A stretch of 64,000 bases of DNA from Alphaproteobacteria bacterium (GTDB lineage: Bacteria; Pseudomonadota; Alphaproteobacteria; SHVV01). The position numbers and the translations under genes are program-made. This document shows positions 49,567 through 59,009 of the stretch, in pieces (the first letter of the stretch is position 1; every line of letters starts with the position of its first letter). The DNA lies in NCBI GenBank assembly GCA_965261735.1, contig OZ253470.1, positions 4,096,001 to 4,160,000 of the forward strand, read 5' to 3'. The notes below the pieces were generated by a model. That model did not search any database, was not told where the DNA came from, and was given only the letters and a program-made list of their open reading frames with translations.

Positions 49567-50952
49567 CTAGGAAGCGGCGCGCGCGGCTGCGACCGGCTCG
49601 TCGCTCGCGGGCAGGTCGGCCACCGCGGCAATCGATTCGATCTCGCGCAGACGGTCGAACAGCTCCTCGGCGCGCGGCTTCGCGTAAGCCGGGCCGACGC
49701 AGTCGTAAAACTTGTCCCACAGCTGATCGGCGCGGATCGGGTTGCGGGCGTGACCCAGCGCGTACTCGATCGCGCCGCTGTCGAGGACCTCGCCGGTGCC
49801 GAGGGTCATCGTGACCTGATCGTACGGCGCGAAAATCGCATCGGCCGGATGGCGCTCCTCGGTCGTGGTCATCGCGATCTTCTTCATGAACGCCTGCACG
49901 TCGCCGCGCCGAACGAAGGCATCGGTGAGCTCGGCGAGGCCGGCACGCCCAACAACGACCGGCGCGGTCATCGCGAACTCGAGGCTGAACTTGGCCTCGA
50001 GGCCGGTCTGCGGCTGATGGTTGCGTAGGACGGTGGCTTGCGTGCGCCCAATCAGGACCTCGATGCGGTCGATCTCGTCGGCGGCGAGCGGGCGCCGCGA
50101 CAGCATGTCGAAGACGCCGTCGACGGCGCGATGGACGCAGTAGCACATCGGGTACTTCTTGATGTTCAGACCCTCTTCGATGATGTGCCACTCGCGGCCC
50201 AGAGCCGGGGGCGAGTCGACGTCGACGCGACCCTGCGGCGAGAAGGCGCTGAGGAATCCGAGCGGGTGCTCGAAGGCATCGGCCGCTGCCGTCATCCCCG
50301 CTGCCGCCAGCCGCGTCGCCACGATGCCGCCGCGCGCCGCCTGGCCGGCATGGTAGGGCTTTGTCATGGTGCCGAAATTAGCGCCGATTCCTGACGCGGC
50401 GGAGGCGGCGAGACCAAGTGCCATGGTCGCCACGCCAGAATCGAGCCGCCGAAGCACGGCGCTCGCCGCTGCGGCGGCAATAACGCCAAAGATGGCCGTG
50501 GGATGCCAGCCCTTTTCGTGATGCTGATCGGCATCGCGGCGCGCCAGTTCGTGCCAAACCTCGTAACCGGCCACGAAAGCCGTCACCATGTCCCTACCCG
50601 TGGCGCCCGTGGCCTCGCCCTCGGCCAGGATCGCCGGCACCAGAACGGCGCTCGGGTGACCATTTAGCGCTACGTCGTCATAGTCCAGCGCGTGCGCGGC
50701 GGTAGCGTTGATCAACGCCGCATCAGGTGCCGCAGCGCGGGCCGACGAGAAGCAGAGTCTCGCCTCGCCCGTCGCGTCCTGACGTGTCGTGCTGCGGACG
50801 ATATCGGTTGCAGGCTCCCGGCTGCCGGCGATGAGCACGCCGGCGCAATCGGCGAAACCGGTGCGGACGATGTCGACCGCCGCGCCTGGCAGCTGATCGT
50901 AGCTCACGCCGGCGATGAACTCGCCCATCGCTCGTGTAAGACCTGTAGCCAT
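49567..50952 (-). CDS. MmgE/PrpD family protein
   Basis: AHALDYDD, GHPSA, GWHPT, TKPYHAG, KKYPMC, EAKFS. Confidence 0.92.
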   Translation of the reverse strand: MATGLTRAMGEFIAGVSYDQLPGAAVDIVRTGFADCAGVLIAGSREPATDIVRSTTRQDATGEARLCFSSARAAAPDAALINATAAHALDYDDVALNGHPSAVLVPAILAEGEATGATGRDMVTAFVAGYEVWHELARRDADQHHEKGWHPTAIFGVIAAAAASAVLRRLDSGVATMALGLAASAASGIGANFGTMTKPYHAGQAARGGIVATRLAAAGMTAAADAFEHPLGFLSAFSPQGRVDVDSPPALGREWHIIEEGLNIKKYPMCYCVHRAVDGVFDMLSRRPLAADEIDRIEVLIGRTQATVLRNHQPQTGLEAKFSLEFAMTAPVVVGRAGLAELTDAFVRRGDVQAFMKKIAMTTTEERHPADAIFAPYDQVTMTLGTGEVLDSGAIEYALGHARNPIRADQLWDKFYDCVGPAYAKPRAEELFDRLREIESIAAVADLPASDEPVAAARAAS

Positions 50953-51185
50953 GCCGTACCCTCCGCGTTAGCGCGGCCGCGTCATGGCCGCGACGGGCGT
51001 CGCCGGGTCTAGTGCCCGGGCGATGATGCCCGAAATCGGCGCCGAACGCCATGCGACGCGGGTGGCTTGCGTTAGGACCGCCGCAGGCACGGGTTGACGG
51101 GGTGTGTGGCGGCTTGTATCGCTTTATCAAGGGTTCGCGCGGGCGGTCGTTGAGCCGACATGCGACAGGAGGGGAGGGTCGAAAC

Positions 51186-52655
51186 TTGGCCGACTATGAC
51201 GTGATTGTGGTGGGTGCCGGAAACGCGGCGTGCGCGGCTGCCGTCTCCGCGCGCGAGCAGGGCGCGGCACGGGTCCTGTTGCTGGAGAAGGCATCGGAGG
51301 AGATGCGCGGCGGTAACACGCATTACAGCGGCGGCCTGCTGCGGATATTTTTTGACCGAACCGAGGACCTGCTGGCGGTTATTCCCGATGTCGAAAAGCA
51401 GGCGCCCGGCTTCGTCAAGGGCGTCCCGCCCTACCCGAAAGACGAGTTCTGGGCCGACCTACTGCGCGTTACCAATGGCCGAACCGACGCCGAGCTGGCG
51501 GAGATTCTCATTGGCCGTTCGCAGGACACCATCCGCTGGATGTCGGGCAAGGGCATCCGCATGGAGGCGTCCGTTTCGCTGACCGCGATCAAGATCGGCA
51601 ACGAGATCAAATGGCCGACCGGCGCGGTCGTGAGGGCCATTCACGAGGGCGTCGGCCTATCGAAGATGTGGTTCGATATTGCCGCTGAAAACGGCGTCGA
51701 GATCCTCTACGCGACGCGAGCCGGTTCGTTGTTGCAGGACAAGTCGGGCCGGGTCAGCGGGGTCGTCGCGCATGGACCCGACGGCGTGCGCGAGATCAGC
51801 GCCCGCTCGGTCGTGCTCGGCTGCGGCGGCTTCGAGTCGAACCCGGCATGGCGGGCCCGCTATCTCGGCCGACCGTGGGATCACGCCAAGGTCCGCGGTA
51901 CGCCCTTCAACACCGGTGACGGGCTGAGCATGGCGTTCGCCATGGGCGGTCAGCCCTACGGCCACTGGACCGGCTGCCACTCGACGCCGATCAGTGCCGA
52001 TGCACCGGCATACGGCGATCGCAAGCTGACCGACAAGACCAATCGCCTGTCGTATCCGTTCGGTATCCTGGTCAACAATCTCGGCCTGCGCTTCTTCGAC
52101 GAGGGCGAGGACTTCCAGTGGTACACCTACGCCAAGCTCGGCGGCATCATCCTCAACGAGCCGGGCGGGGTCGCCTACCAGATCTTCGATTCCAAGGTGA
52201 CGCACCTGCTCGAAGGCCGCTACAAGACGACCGAGCCGATCGTTGCCGACACGCTCCATGAGCTGGTCGACAAACTTGCGGTCGACCACGCGCAGTGCCG
52301 CACGACGGTCGACGAATACAATGCGGCCGCCGGCAACGGCGCCTTCGACCCGACGATCAAGGACGGGCTCAGCACCAACGGGCTCGCGCTGCCCAAGTCG
52401 AACTGGGCGCAGCGCCTCGATTCACCGCCGTTTCTTGCCTATCCGGTCACCGGCGGCGTCACCTTCACGTTCGGTGGCGTGCGCATCAACGAGCGCGCGC
52501 AGATCGTCGATGTCGGATGGCAGCCGATCCCCGGGTTGTATGCCTGCGGCGAGATGGTGGGCGGGCTATTCCACACCAACTACCCGGGCGGCACCGGGCT
52601 CGTCTCCGGTGCCGTGTTCGGCCGCATCGCCGGGGCCGAGGCGGCCAACGCCTGA
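51186..52655 (+). CDS. FAD-dependent tricarballylate dehydrogenase TcuA-like flavoprotein
   Basis: VIVVGAGNAA, GGFESN, RFFDEG, TFTFGG, NYPGGTGL. Confidence 0.85.
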   Translation: MADYDVIVVGAGNAACAAAVSAREQGAARVLLLEKASEEMRGGNTHYSGGLLRIFFDRTEDLLAVIPDVEKQAPGFVKGVPPYPKDEFWADLLRVTNGRTDAELAEILIGRSQDTIRWMSGKGIRMEASVSLTAIKIGNEIKWPTGAVVRAIHEGVGLSKMWFDIAAENGVEILYATRAGSLLQDKSGRVSGVVAHGPDGVREISARSVVLGCGGFESNPAWRARYLGRPWDHAKVRGTPFNTGDGLSMAFAMGGQPYGHWTGCHSTPISADAPAYGDRKLTDKTNRLSYPFGILVNNLGLRFFDEGEDFQWYTYAKLGGIILNEPGGVAYQIFDSKVTHLLEGRYKTTEPIVADTLHELVDKLAVDHAQCRTTVDEYNAAAGNGAFDPTIKDGLSTNGLALPKSNWAQRLDSPPFLAYPVTGGVTFTFGGVRINERAQIVDVGWQPIPGLYACGEMVGGLFHTNYPGGTGLVSGAVFGRIAGAEAANA

Positions 52656-52661
52656 GGGACG

Positions 52662-53843
52662 ATGACGGTCCAGGTCCGCATCCCCAGCGTCTTCATGCGC
52701 GGTGGCACGAGCCGCGCGTTGATGTTTCGCCGCGAGCACCTGCCGGACGACCCGGCCGACTGGGACGCCATTTTCCTTGCCGCCATCGGCAGCCCCGATC
52801 CCAATGGGCGCCAGCTCGACGGCATGGGCGGCGGCATATCGTCGCTGTCGAAGGTCGTGGTGGTTGGCCCGCCGAGTCGCGACGATGCCGACGTCGACTA
52901 CACCTTCGGCCAGGTCGCGGTCGACAGGCCGATGGTCGACTACAGCGGCAATTGCGGCAACATGTCCTCGGCGGTCGGGCCCTTTGCGGTCGATGAGGGC
53001 CTCGTCACCCGCGCCGATTCCCCGGCCACGGTCCGCATCCATAACACCAACACCGGCAAGCTCATCGTCTCGCAATTCGCGCTCGAGGGGGGTGTAGCCG
53101 CGGTCGAGGGCGACTACGAGCTGCTCGGCGTGGCCGGGCACGGTGCCCGTATCCGATTGGAGTTCCTCGATCCTGGCGGTGCCGCCACGGGGCGCCTATT
53201 GCCGAGCGGACAGGTGACCGACGCGCTCGATATTCCCGGCCATCCCGCGGTGACGGTCTCGCTCGTGGATGCGACCAACCCGTGCGTGTTCGTGGCCGCC
53301 GAGTCGCTCGGTCTCGCCGGAACCGAGCCGGCGGAGGCGCTCGAGGGGCGACCCGAGCTCCTCGAGCTGCTGGAGCACATCCGCGCACACGCGGCCGTGC
53401 GCATGGGGCTGGCGACGAGCCCCGAGCAGGCCAGCGCGGCCTCGCCGAGCAACCCCAAGATCGGCGTGGTCGCGCCGCCGCAATCCGCGGCGACGCTATC
53501 GGGCGCGAGCCTCGATGCGGACGCCTTCGATGTCACGGCACGCATGATGTCGATGGGGCGGCCGCATCGCGCCGTGCCTCTTACCGGCGCCATGTGCCTG
53601 GCCGTGGCGGCGCGCATTCGCGGGACCGTCGTGCACCAGGTGACGCGCGCAGCGACCTCCGCCGAGGCCGACATTCGCGTCGGCCACCCCTCAGGCGTCA
53701 CCGCGTTTGCGGCCGCGGTGTCGGAGGAGGGCGGCTGGCGCGCCGACAAGGTCGTCGTCTACCGTACGGCGCGGCGGTTGATGGAGGGCAGCGTGCTGGT
53801 GCCGCAGTCCAGGCTCACAGACAGCCGACGCGCGACGGCGTAA
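52662..53843 (+). CDS. PrpF-family isomerase
   Basis: MRGGTSR, DGMGGGISSLSK, NCGNMSS, HPSG, RTARRLMEG. Confidence 0.9.
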   Translation: MTVQVRIPSVFMRGGTSRALMFRREHLPDDPADWDAIFLAAIGSPDPNGRQLDGMGGGISSLSKVVVVGPPSRDDADVDYTFGQVAVDRPMVDYSGNCGNMSSAVGPFAVDEGLVTRADSPATVRIHNTNTGKLIVSQFALEGGVAAVEGDYELLGVAGHGARIRLEFLDPGGAATGRLLPSGQVTDALDIPGHPAVTVSLVDATNPCVFVAAESLGLAGTEPAEALEGRPELLELLEHIRAHAAVRMGLATSPEQASAASPSNPKIGVVAPPQSAATLSGASLDADAFDVTARMMSMGRPHRAVPLTGAMCLAVAARIRGTVVHQVTRAATSAEADIRVGHPSGVTAFAAAVSEEGGWRADKVVVYRTARRLMEGSVLVPQSRLTDSRRATA

Positions 53844-53869
53844 CAGGTTCGGCAAGCCCCGAGGATGCC

Positions 53870-54730
53870 ATGAAAGCAACGACCACCCTGCGGGCCATGA
53901 TCGGCCAGGATGAGACCTTCGTCGGGCCCGGCGTTTATGACGGGCTGAGCGCCCGCCTCGTCGAGCGCGCCGGTTTCGACCTCGTCTACGCGAGCGGCGG
54001 CGCCATCGCGCGGAGCATGGGGTTTCCCGACCTCGGCCTGATCAGCATGGCCGAGGTCGCGGCGCGGCTGAACCTCATCACGGACAGCGTTGCCCTGCCG
54101 GTGATCGCCGACGCAGACACCGGCTACGGCAACGCCCTCAACACGCGGCGCGCGATGCGCGAGTTTCAGCGCGCCGGCGTCGCCGGTCTGCACCTCGAGG
54201 ACCAGACCTTCCCCAAGCGCTGCGGCCACTATGACGATAAGACGGTCGTTCCGACGGGCGAGATGGTGCAGAAGATTCGGGCCGCGCGCGACGCGCTCGC
54301 CGACGACGATCTCGTCCTCATCGCGCGCACCGACGCCCGCGCCGTCGAGGGCTTCGACCGTACGATAGAACGTGCGCACGCCTATGCCGAAGCGGGTGCC
54401 GACGTGATTTTCTTCGAGGCCCCGCAAAGTGTCGAAGAGATCGAGCGGATCGGGCGCGAGCTGCCCTACCCCAAGCTCATCAACATGTTCCAGGGCGGCA
54501 AAACGCCGCTCGTGCCAGTGGCGCGCTTGCGTGACTGGGGCTACCGCCTCGTCATTATCCCGTCGGACCTGCAGCGGGCCGCGCAACACGCGATGGAGGA
54601 GGCATTGGCGCTGATCAAGAGCGACGGCAACAGCGCGGCGATGAGCGACCGCCTGACCTCGTTCGAGGAGCGCGAGGCGACCATCGGCACGCCCGAGTAT
54701 CTCGAGCTCGACCGGCGCTATCGCGCCTAA
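53870..54730 (+). CDS. Isocitrate lyase/PEP mutase family C-C lyase (PrpB/dimethylmalate lyase-like)
   Basis: IADADTGYG, HLEDQTFPKRCGH, IARTDA. Confidence 0.9.
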   Translation: MKATTTLRAMIGQDETFVGPGVYDGLSARLVERAGFDLVYASGGAIARSMGFPDLGLISMAEVAARLNLITDSVALPVIADADTGYGNALNTRRAMREFQRAGVAGLHLEDQTFPKRCGHYDDKTVVPTGEMVQKIRAARDALADDDLVLIARTDARAVEGFDRTIERAHAYAEAGADVIFFEAPQSVEEIERIGRELPYPKLINMFQGGKTPLVPVARLRDWGYRLVIIPSDLQRAAQHAMEEALALIKSDGNSAAMSDRLTSFEEREATIGTPEYLELDRRYRA

Positions 54731-54748
54731 CCGCGGCGTGGTGGGCGC

Positions 54749-55336
54749 TCAGGCCGCCGCCACCTCGTCGATCGCCGGCCCGCTCGCACTGAAGGGCTCG
54801 CGCGCGAAAATACGGTGCACCATCGGCGCGAAAGCCTCCATCGGCATCGTATCGAAGGCCGGGTCGAAGGCGTTCTGATCGTATCTGTGGCAGAAATCCA
54901 CCGTGGCCTCGAAGCAGGGATGCCCGCGATACCGCTCGCGCACGTTTCGGTCTCCACCCATGTGATGGGCGAAATAGTAGCGCTGGAACAGGCCGTGTTG
55001 CTTGACCAGCCAGGTGTTGGACTCGGAGACGTACGGGCGCAGAATCGTGGCGGCAAACTCGGCGTGGTTGGCGGGCGCCAACATGTCACCGATATCGTGG
55101 AGGAGGGCGACGACGACCATCTCCTCGTCGGCGCCGTCTCGCGAGGCCAGGGTCGCGGACTGTAGGGAATGCTGGAGCCGATCGATCTTGAACCCGGAGC
55201 TCGAATGGGCGAGCGATTCGAGATGGTCGAGCACCCGTTCGGCCGTGCCCTCGATGAGCGGACTGTGCAGCCGCTCCAGCAATTCGTAGTCTTCGCGCGT
55301 GCCTTCCTCCATGCTGGTGAAGCTCACCGTCTCCAT
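54749..55336 (-). CDS. HD-domain diiron protein (PhnZ/TmpB-like)
   Basis: HSLQSA, LLHDIGD, NH, H, YDQNAFDP. Confidence 0.8.
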   Translation of the reverse strand: METVSFTSMEEGTREDYELLERLHSPLIEGTAERVLDHLESLAHSSSGFKIDRLQHSLQSATLASRDGADEEMVVVALLHDIGDMLAPANHAEFAATILRPYVSESNTWLVKQHGLFQRYYFAHHMGGDRNVRERYRGHPCFEATVDFCHRYDQNAFDPAFDTMPMEAFAPMVHRIFAREPFSASGPAIDEVAAA

Positions 55337-55462
55337 CTCGGTCTCCCTTGTGGGGTCGCGAACGGCCGCCTTCCGGACCGCTCGCGGCCACGATAGACTC
55401 CGCCGGGCCGACTTGTCGAGGTAGCGGCTCCGGCCCCCGTCTGCTCCTGTTGGGATGAGATC

Positions 55463-56173
55463 ATGTTCCTGCCGCTGAAGGACGACAACCCGCTCAAGAT
55501 CATCCCCTACCAGTACGCCACGATCGGCATCATCGGGCTGTGCGCGCTGACGTTCCTGTGGCAGCTGTCGTTGACGTCGGCGGACGCGGAGCGCGCCATC
55601 GGCGGACTGGCCGTCGTGCCCGCCGCGCTGTTGGGGGGGCGCACCGACCTCTCGCTCGTGCCGCCAACGGCCACGCTGGTGACGTCGCTCTTCCTACACG
55701 GCGGCTGGCTCCACCTGATCAGCAACATGCTCTATCTGTGGGTGTTCGGCGACAACATCGAGGACGCGATGGGACACGGCCGCTTCGTCGCCTTCTTTCT
55801 CGTTTGCGGGGCCGTCGGCGGCCTCGCTCACGCGATCGTCAATGCGGATTCGACGATACCGACGATCGGCGCGAGCGGCGCGGTCTCCGGGGTGCTCGGC
55901 GCCTACCTCCTGCTCCACCCGCGCGTCCGCGTTCTGGTGCTGGTGTTCAAGTGGTTTCCGATACGCCTGCCGGCCTACGTCGTGCTCGGTGGCTGGATCA
56001 TCTTGCAGGTTATCCCGGTGCTGCGCGGCTCAGGTGCCGGATCGGACGTCGCGTGGTGGGCCCATATCGCCGGCTTTGGCGCCGGCGTCGCCCTGATCGC
56101 GCCGATGCGGCGTAAGACGCTGCCGCTGCTCGACCGCGGCCCCGACGCGCGGCCGGGGCCCTGGGATCGCTGA
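55463..56173 (+). CDS. Rhomboid intramembrane serine protease
   Basis: HGGWLHLISNM, FGDNIED, GASG, AHIAGF. Confidence 0.93.
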   Translation: MFLPLKDDNPLKIIPYQYATIGIIGLCALTFLWQLSLTSADAERAIGGLAVVPAALLGGRTDLSLVPPTATLVTSLFLHGGWLHLISNMLYLWVFGDNIEDAMGHGRFVAFFLVCGAVGGLAHAIVNADSTIPTIGASGAVSGVLGAYLLLHPRVRVLVLVFKWFPIRLPAYVVLGGWIILQVIPVLRGSGAGSDVAWWAHIAGFGAGVALIAPMRRKTLPLLDRGPDARPGPWDR

Positions 56174-56281
56174 GGAGGCTCGGGCCACGGCCCTATCCGG
56201 GGCGAAGGTCATTCTGTCGATCTATCGTCGTTTCGAAGCGCTGTACCGCTTCCACGAGGAAGGCCGGATACAGCGCGCAGG

Positions 56282-56574
56282 CTAGTAGCGGTCGCCATCC
56301 AGCACAGGGGAAGGCCCAACCGGCCGACCACGCAGATCTGGCGTAACATCGACCCGCGCCGCGTCCACCAGTTCCCCGATCTCCCAAATGTGGTCAGTCA
56401 CGCGCCCACCGCCATCGCTGGCGTGATCCGTAGCGCCTCGTGGACTCGGCAAAGTTGTACCATGCGGATGCAGTGTCGGCGCTTCACCCGCCTAACCAAC
56501 GAGTTCAGCAAGAAGCTTTCGGAACCACAGGCGGCCATTGCCTTGTACGTCGCTTCCCGCGGCCTCATCAGGGA
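56282..56574. mobile_element. Degenerate IS1-family-like transposase C-terminal remnant, internally inverted
   Basis: + strand TMRMQCRRFTRLTN.FSKK...ALYVA; - strand WYN.CRVHEALRITPAMA.GVTDHIWEIGELV. Confidence 0.7.
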
Positions 56575-56682
56575 CACGGGCTTTCCGGCGTCCACTCGCG
56601 GGCTAGGTGCTGGGCCTCGGCGATCTGAGCAGCTGCAACACTGGGGGCTTGTCGTCGGCGTATGCGAGCGCGAGCCTCAACG

Positions 56683-57564
56683 TTAGAACCCGCAAAGTTG
56701 CCGTGTGATCGTTACAGTGCCGATCTCTGAGCCGTCGCGACGCAGATAGACATGCGCGAGCGTTGCGCCTGCCTCGATCCAGGGACGCAGGCCAGAGCAG
56801 TTGCTCTGCGTGAGGCTCGTCCGCATCGAGGTCGAGAGAGCATGCCTATCTACTGATAGCTCGTAGATGTAGCGGAACGTCGATCCCTGCCCTTCGACCT
56901 GTTGAAGAGTCGTTATCTCATCCACCTGCTGCGGCGTTGGAACCTCAGCCGCCATCTGTTGGAGTGCGGCATCAAGACCTTGGCTGCGGATCAGGGAGGC
57001 GAGAAGCACCGATTGCTGCTCAGTGCCTGCCTCGGCAACCCTCCGCTCTACCTCGACCTCGGCGTAGGCGGACAAATAGACGCCTGCGACGATCATGACG
57101 ATACCGGACACGACGCCACGGCCATCTGTTAGCAGGGGAATGGCCGGAATACGGTTCGCGGACACTTCGTTCTTGGAGCGCGTTGCCAGCAGCCAGAGGT
57201 TGCGCGACCGGGATGAACGCGAGCGCAGCCATCCGACCATGCCCATAAGCATCGCGCGACCGTTCCATGGCGATGATCCCGATGAAGTAGCCGACCAATA
57301 CTAGGGTGACGAGCTGCACCGCCAATAAGACCCATAGGTACGCCCCAGCCATCGCGGGCAGTGAATTAAGCCAGATGAGTTGCGTCGCGGCAGCGAAGAG
57401 GAACAAAAGCCCGAGTATGCAAAGTATGGCGCCTGCCGCAATTCACCCTTGCCGCGCGCTACGATGCCCGCGACCACCGCGCCCAGGACAATGAGACCAT
57501 AGCCAATTAATCGAAGGTCGTTTTCTGTCTGAAAGACTAGCTGGATGGCAATATCTTCAAGCAT
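56683..57564 (-). pseudogene. Membrane protein split across three frames (DUF805-like N-terminus)
   Basis: ORFs 57301-57594, 57020-57406 and 56683-57252 chain into ...LRQAPYF / RSRDAYG...AFIPV / NLWLL...; lower GC than the flanks. Confidence 0.6.
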
Positions 57565-57785
57565 CCGCTTGCCATCTTGATGCTGGCGAGGCACGGCATC
57601 GACGCCCCGCTGGAACTGCTCTAGCTAGCGACCGAACACGACGAGTCTGTAGCGAGAAATACGGCATGTCCGTTCTCGACCGCGTTCTACGGACTACGCC
57701 AACTCATGCTTGGAGAGCGGGCGCGCTTGAGCGTCCTAGTTCGGCGCTCGGTGATCCGCCGGTTTTTCAAATCTGTCGACGCAGC

Positions 57786-58760
57786 CTATGCCGGGCGCGC
57801 CGGGGTTACGCCAACCATGCTGTCGCGGGTGACAAGCGCCGCGAGCTGTGCCGCCGACCATCCCTCGGTGCCCGCGGGCCGCACCGGGATCACGATGTAG
57901 CGGAGGTCGGCCGTGCTGTCGACGACCCTAATCTCCGTGTGCGCCGGGAGCTCGGTGCCGAACTCCTCGAGCACGCCGCGCGGGTCGTTGACGACGCGCG
58001 AACGGTAGGCGCGGCTCTTGTACCAGGCGGGCGGTACGCCGAGCAGGGTACGCGGGTAGCACGAGCACAGCGTACAGACGACGACGTGATGCAGGTCGGG
58101 CGTGTTCTCGAGTGCCAAGACCGGCGGCGATGCGCTCATATCGACGCCCTGGCGTGCCGCGGCGGCCTTGGCGTCGTCGAGAAACTCGGCACGGAAATCG
58201 GGCACGACCCAGGTTCGCGCCACCAGGCCGGCGCCGAGTGCAGGCGTGCGCGTTTCCATGTCGTTGATCTCGCGCTGGACGTCCTCCGCGGTAAAGATCC
58301 TTTTGTCGATGAACAGCTCGCGAAGGGCCTCGGCGAGAATCTCATAGTCCCCCGGCGGCCGATCCGTATGTTCGATGGCCTCGTGCTCGCCCGGCGCATG
58401 AACGTGATCGCCCTGACCGATCATCGCCGCGCCGGGGGCCGTCGCCGCGTGGTCGGCCTCGAGCCGGGCCCTTACCGCCGCTACCTTCAACGCCACCTCC
58501 TCGTCGGTGATGGCCTCGCGCTCTACCATCAGGGTCTTGAGCGAGTTGACCCAGCGCTCGTAGTAGAGGAATCCCCAATAGGTCTCGGCCGGCGTGTCCT
58601 CATTGACGCGCCGTGACTCATCGACGCGAAAGTAGGCGCGCGAGGGATGGGTGAGCAGCATCATCATCGCGTCGACCCGCCGATCGGTGATCGTGGGATC
58701 GTGCTCGGCTGTGTCGATGGGGTCGGCGTCGAGGCCGCCCACGTCATGGTGTCCGCGCAT
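57786..58760 (-). CDS. Single ORF joining an NHase beta-N-terminal (ScnB-like) domain to a Co-type NHase alpha (ScnC-like) domain
   Basis: HHDVGG, DESRR, YYERW (beta); VVCTLCSCYP, WYKS..YRSR, DSTADLRY, TRDSMVG (alpha); internal Met at 58424. Confidence 0.82.
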   Translation of the reverse strand: MRGHHDVGGLDADPIDTAEHDPTITDRRVDAMMMLLTHPSRAYFRVDESRRVNEDTPAETYWGFLYYERWVNSLKTLMVEREAITDEEVALKVAAVRARLEADHAATAPGAAMIGQGDHVHAPGEHEAIEHTDRPPGDYEILAEALRELFIDKRIFTAEDVQREINDMETRTPALGAGLVARTWVVPDFRAEFLDDAKAAAARQGVDMSASPPVLALENTPDLHHVVVCTLCSCYPRTLLGVPPAWYKSRAYRSRVVNDPRGVLEEFGTELPAHTEIRVVDSTADLRYIVIPVRPAGTEGWSAAQLAALVTRDSMVGVTPARPA

Positions 58761-59009
58761 GAGGAACCTCTTGGCCAAAGATGCGCCGGCGCTCGCGCTG
58801 AGCCGCAAGTATATTTTCCGCCGGCGCGGGGCTCAACGTCCTAACGACCGGCGGGGGTAGGGCCTGGGGCCGCCCCGGTTGGCGCGCGCCGGCTGCGACT
58901 CTATGATCCGGGCCGAACTGGGGGCGTCGCCGTTTCATCACAGGATACAGGACCGGGTGCCGAACCTGCCGGCGGGCGCGAACGCCCGACGCGCTGGGGC
59001 CTCGTCGCC

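Noticed and set aside
49412-50191. 656-aa version of the binding protein
   Set aside because: The extension overlaps the PrpD-like gene in another frame; the signal peptide starts at 49411
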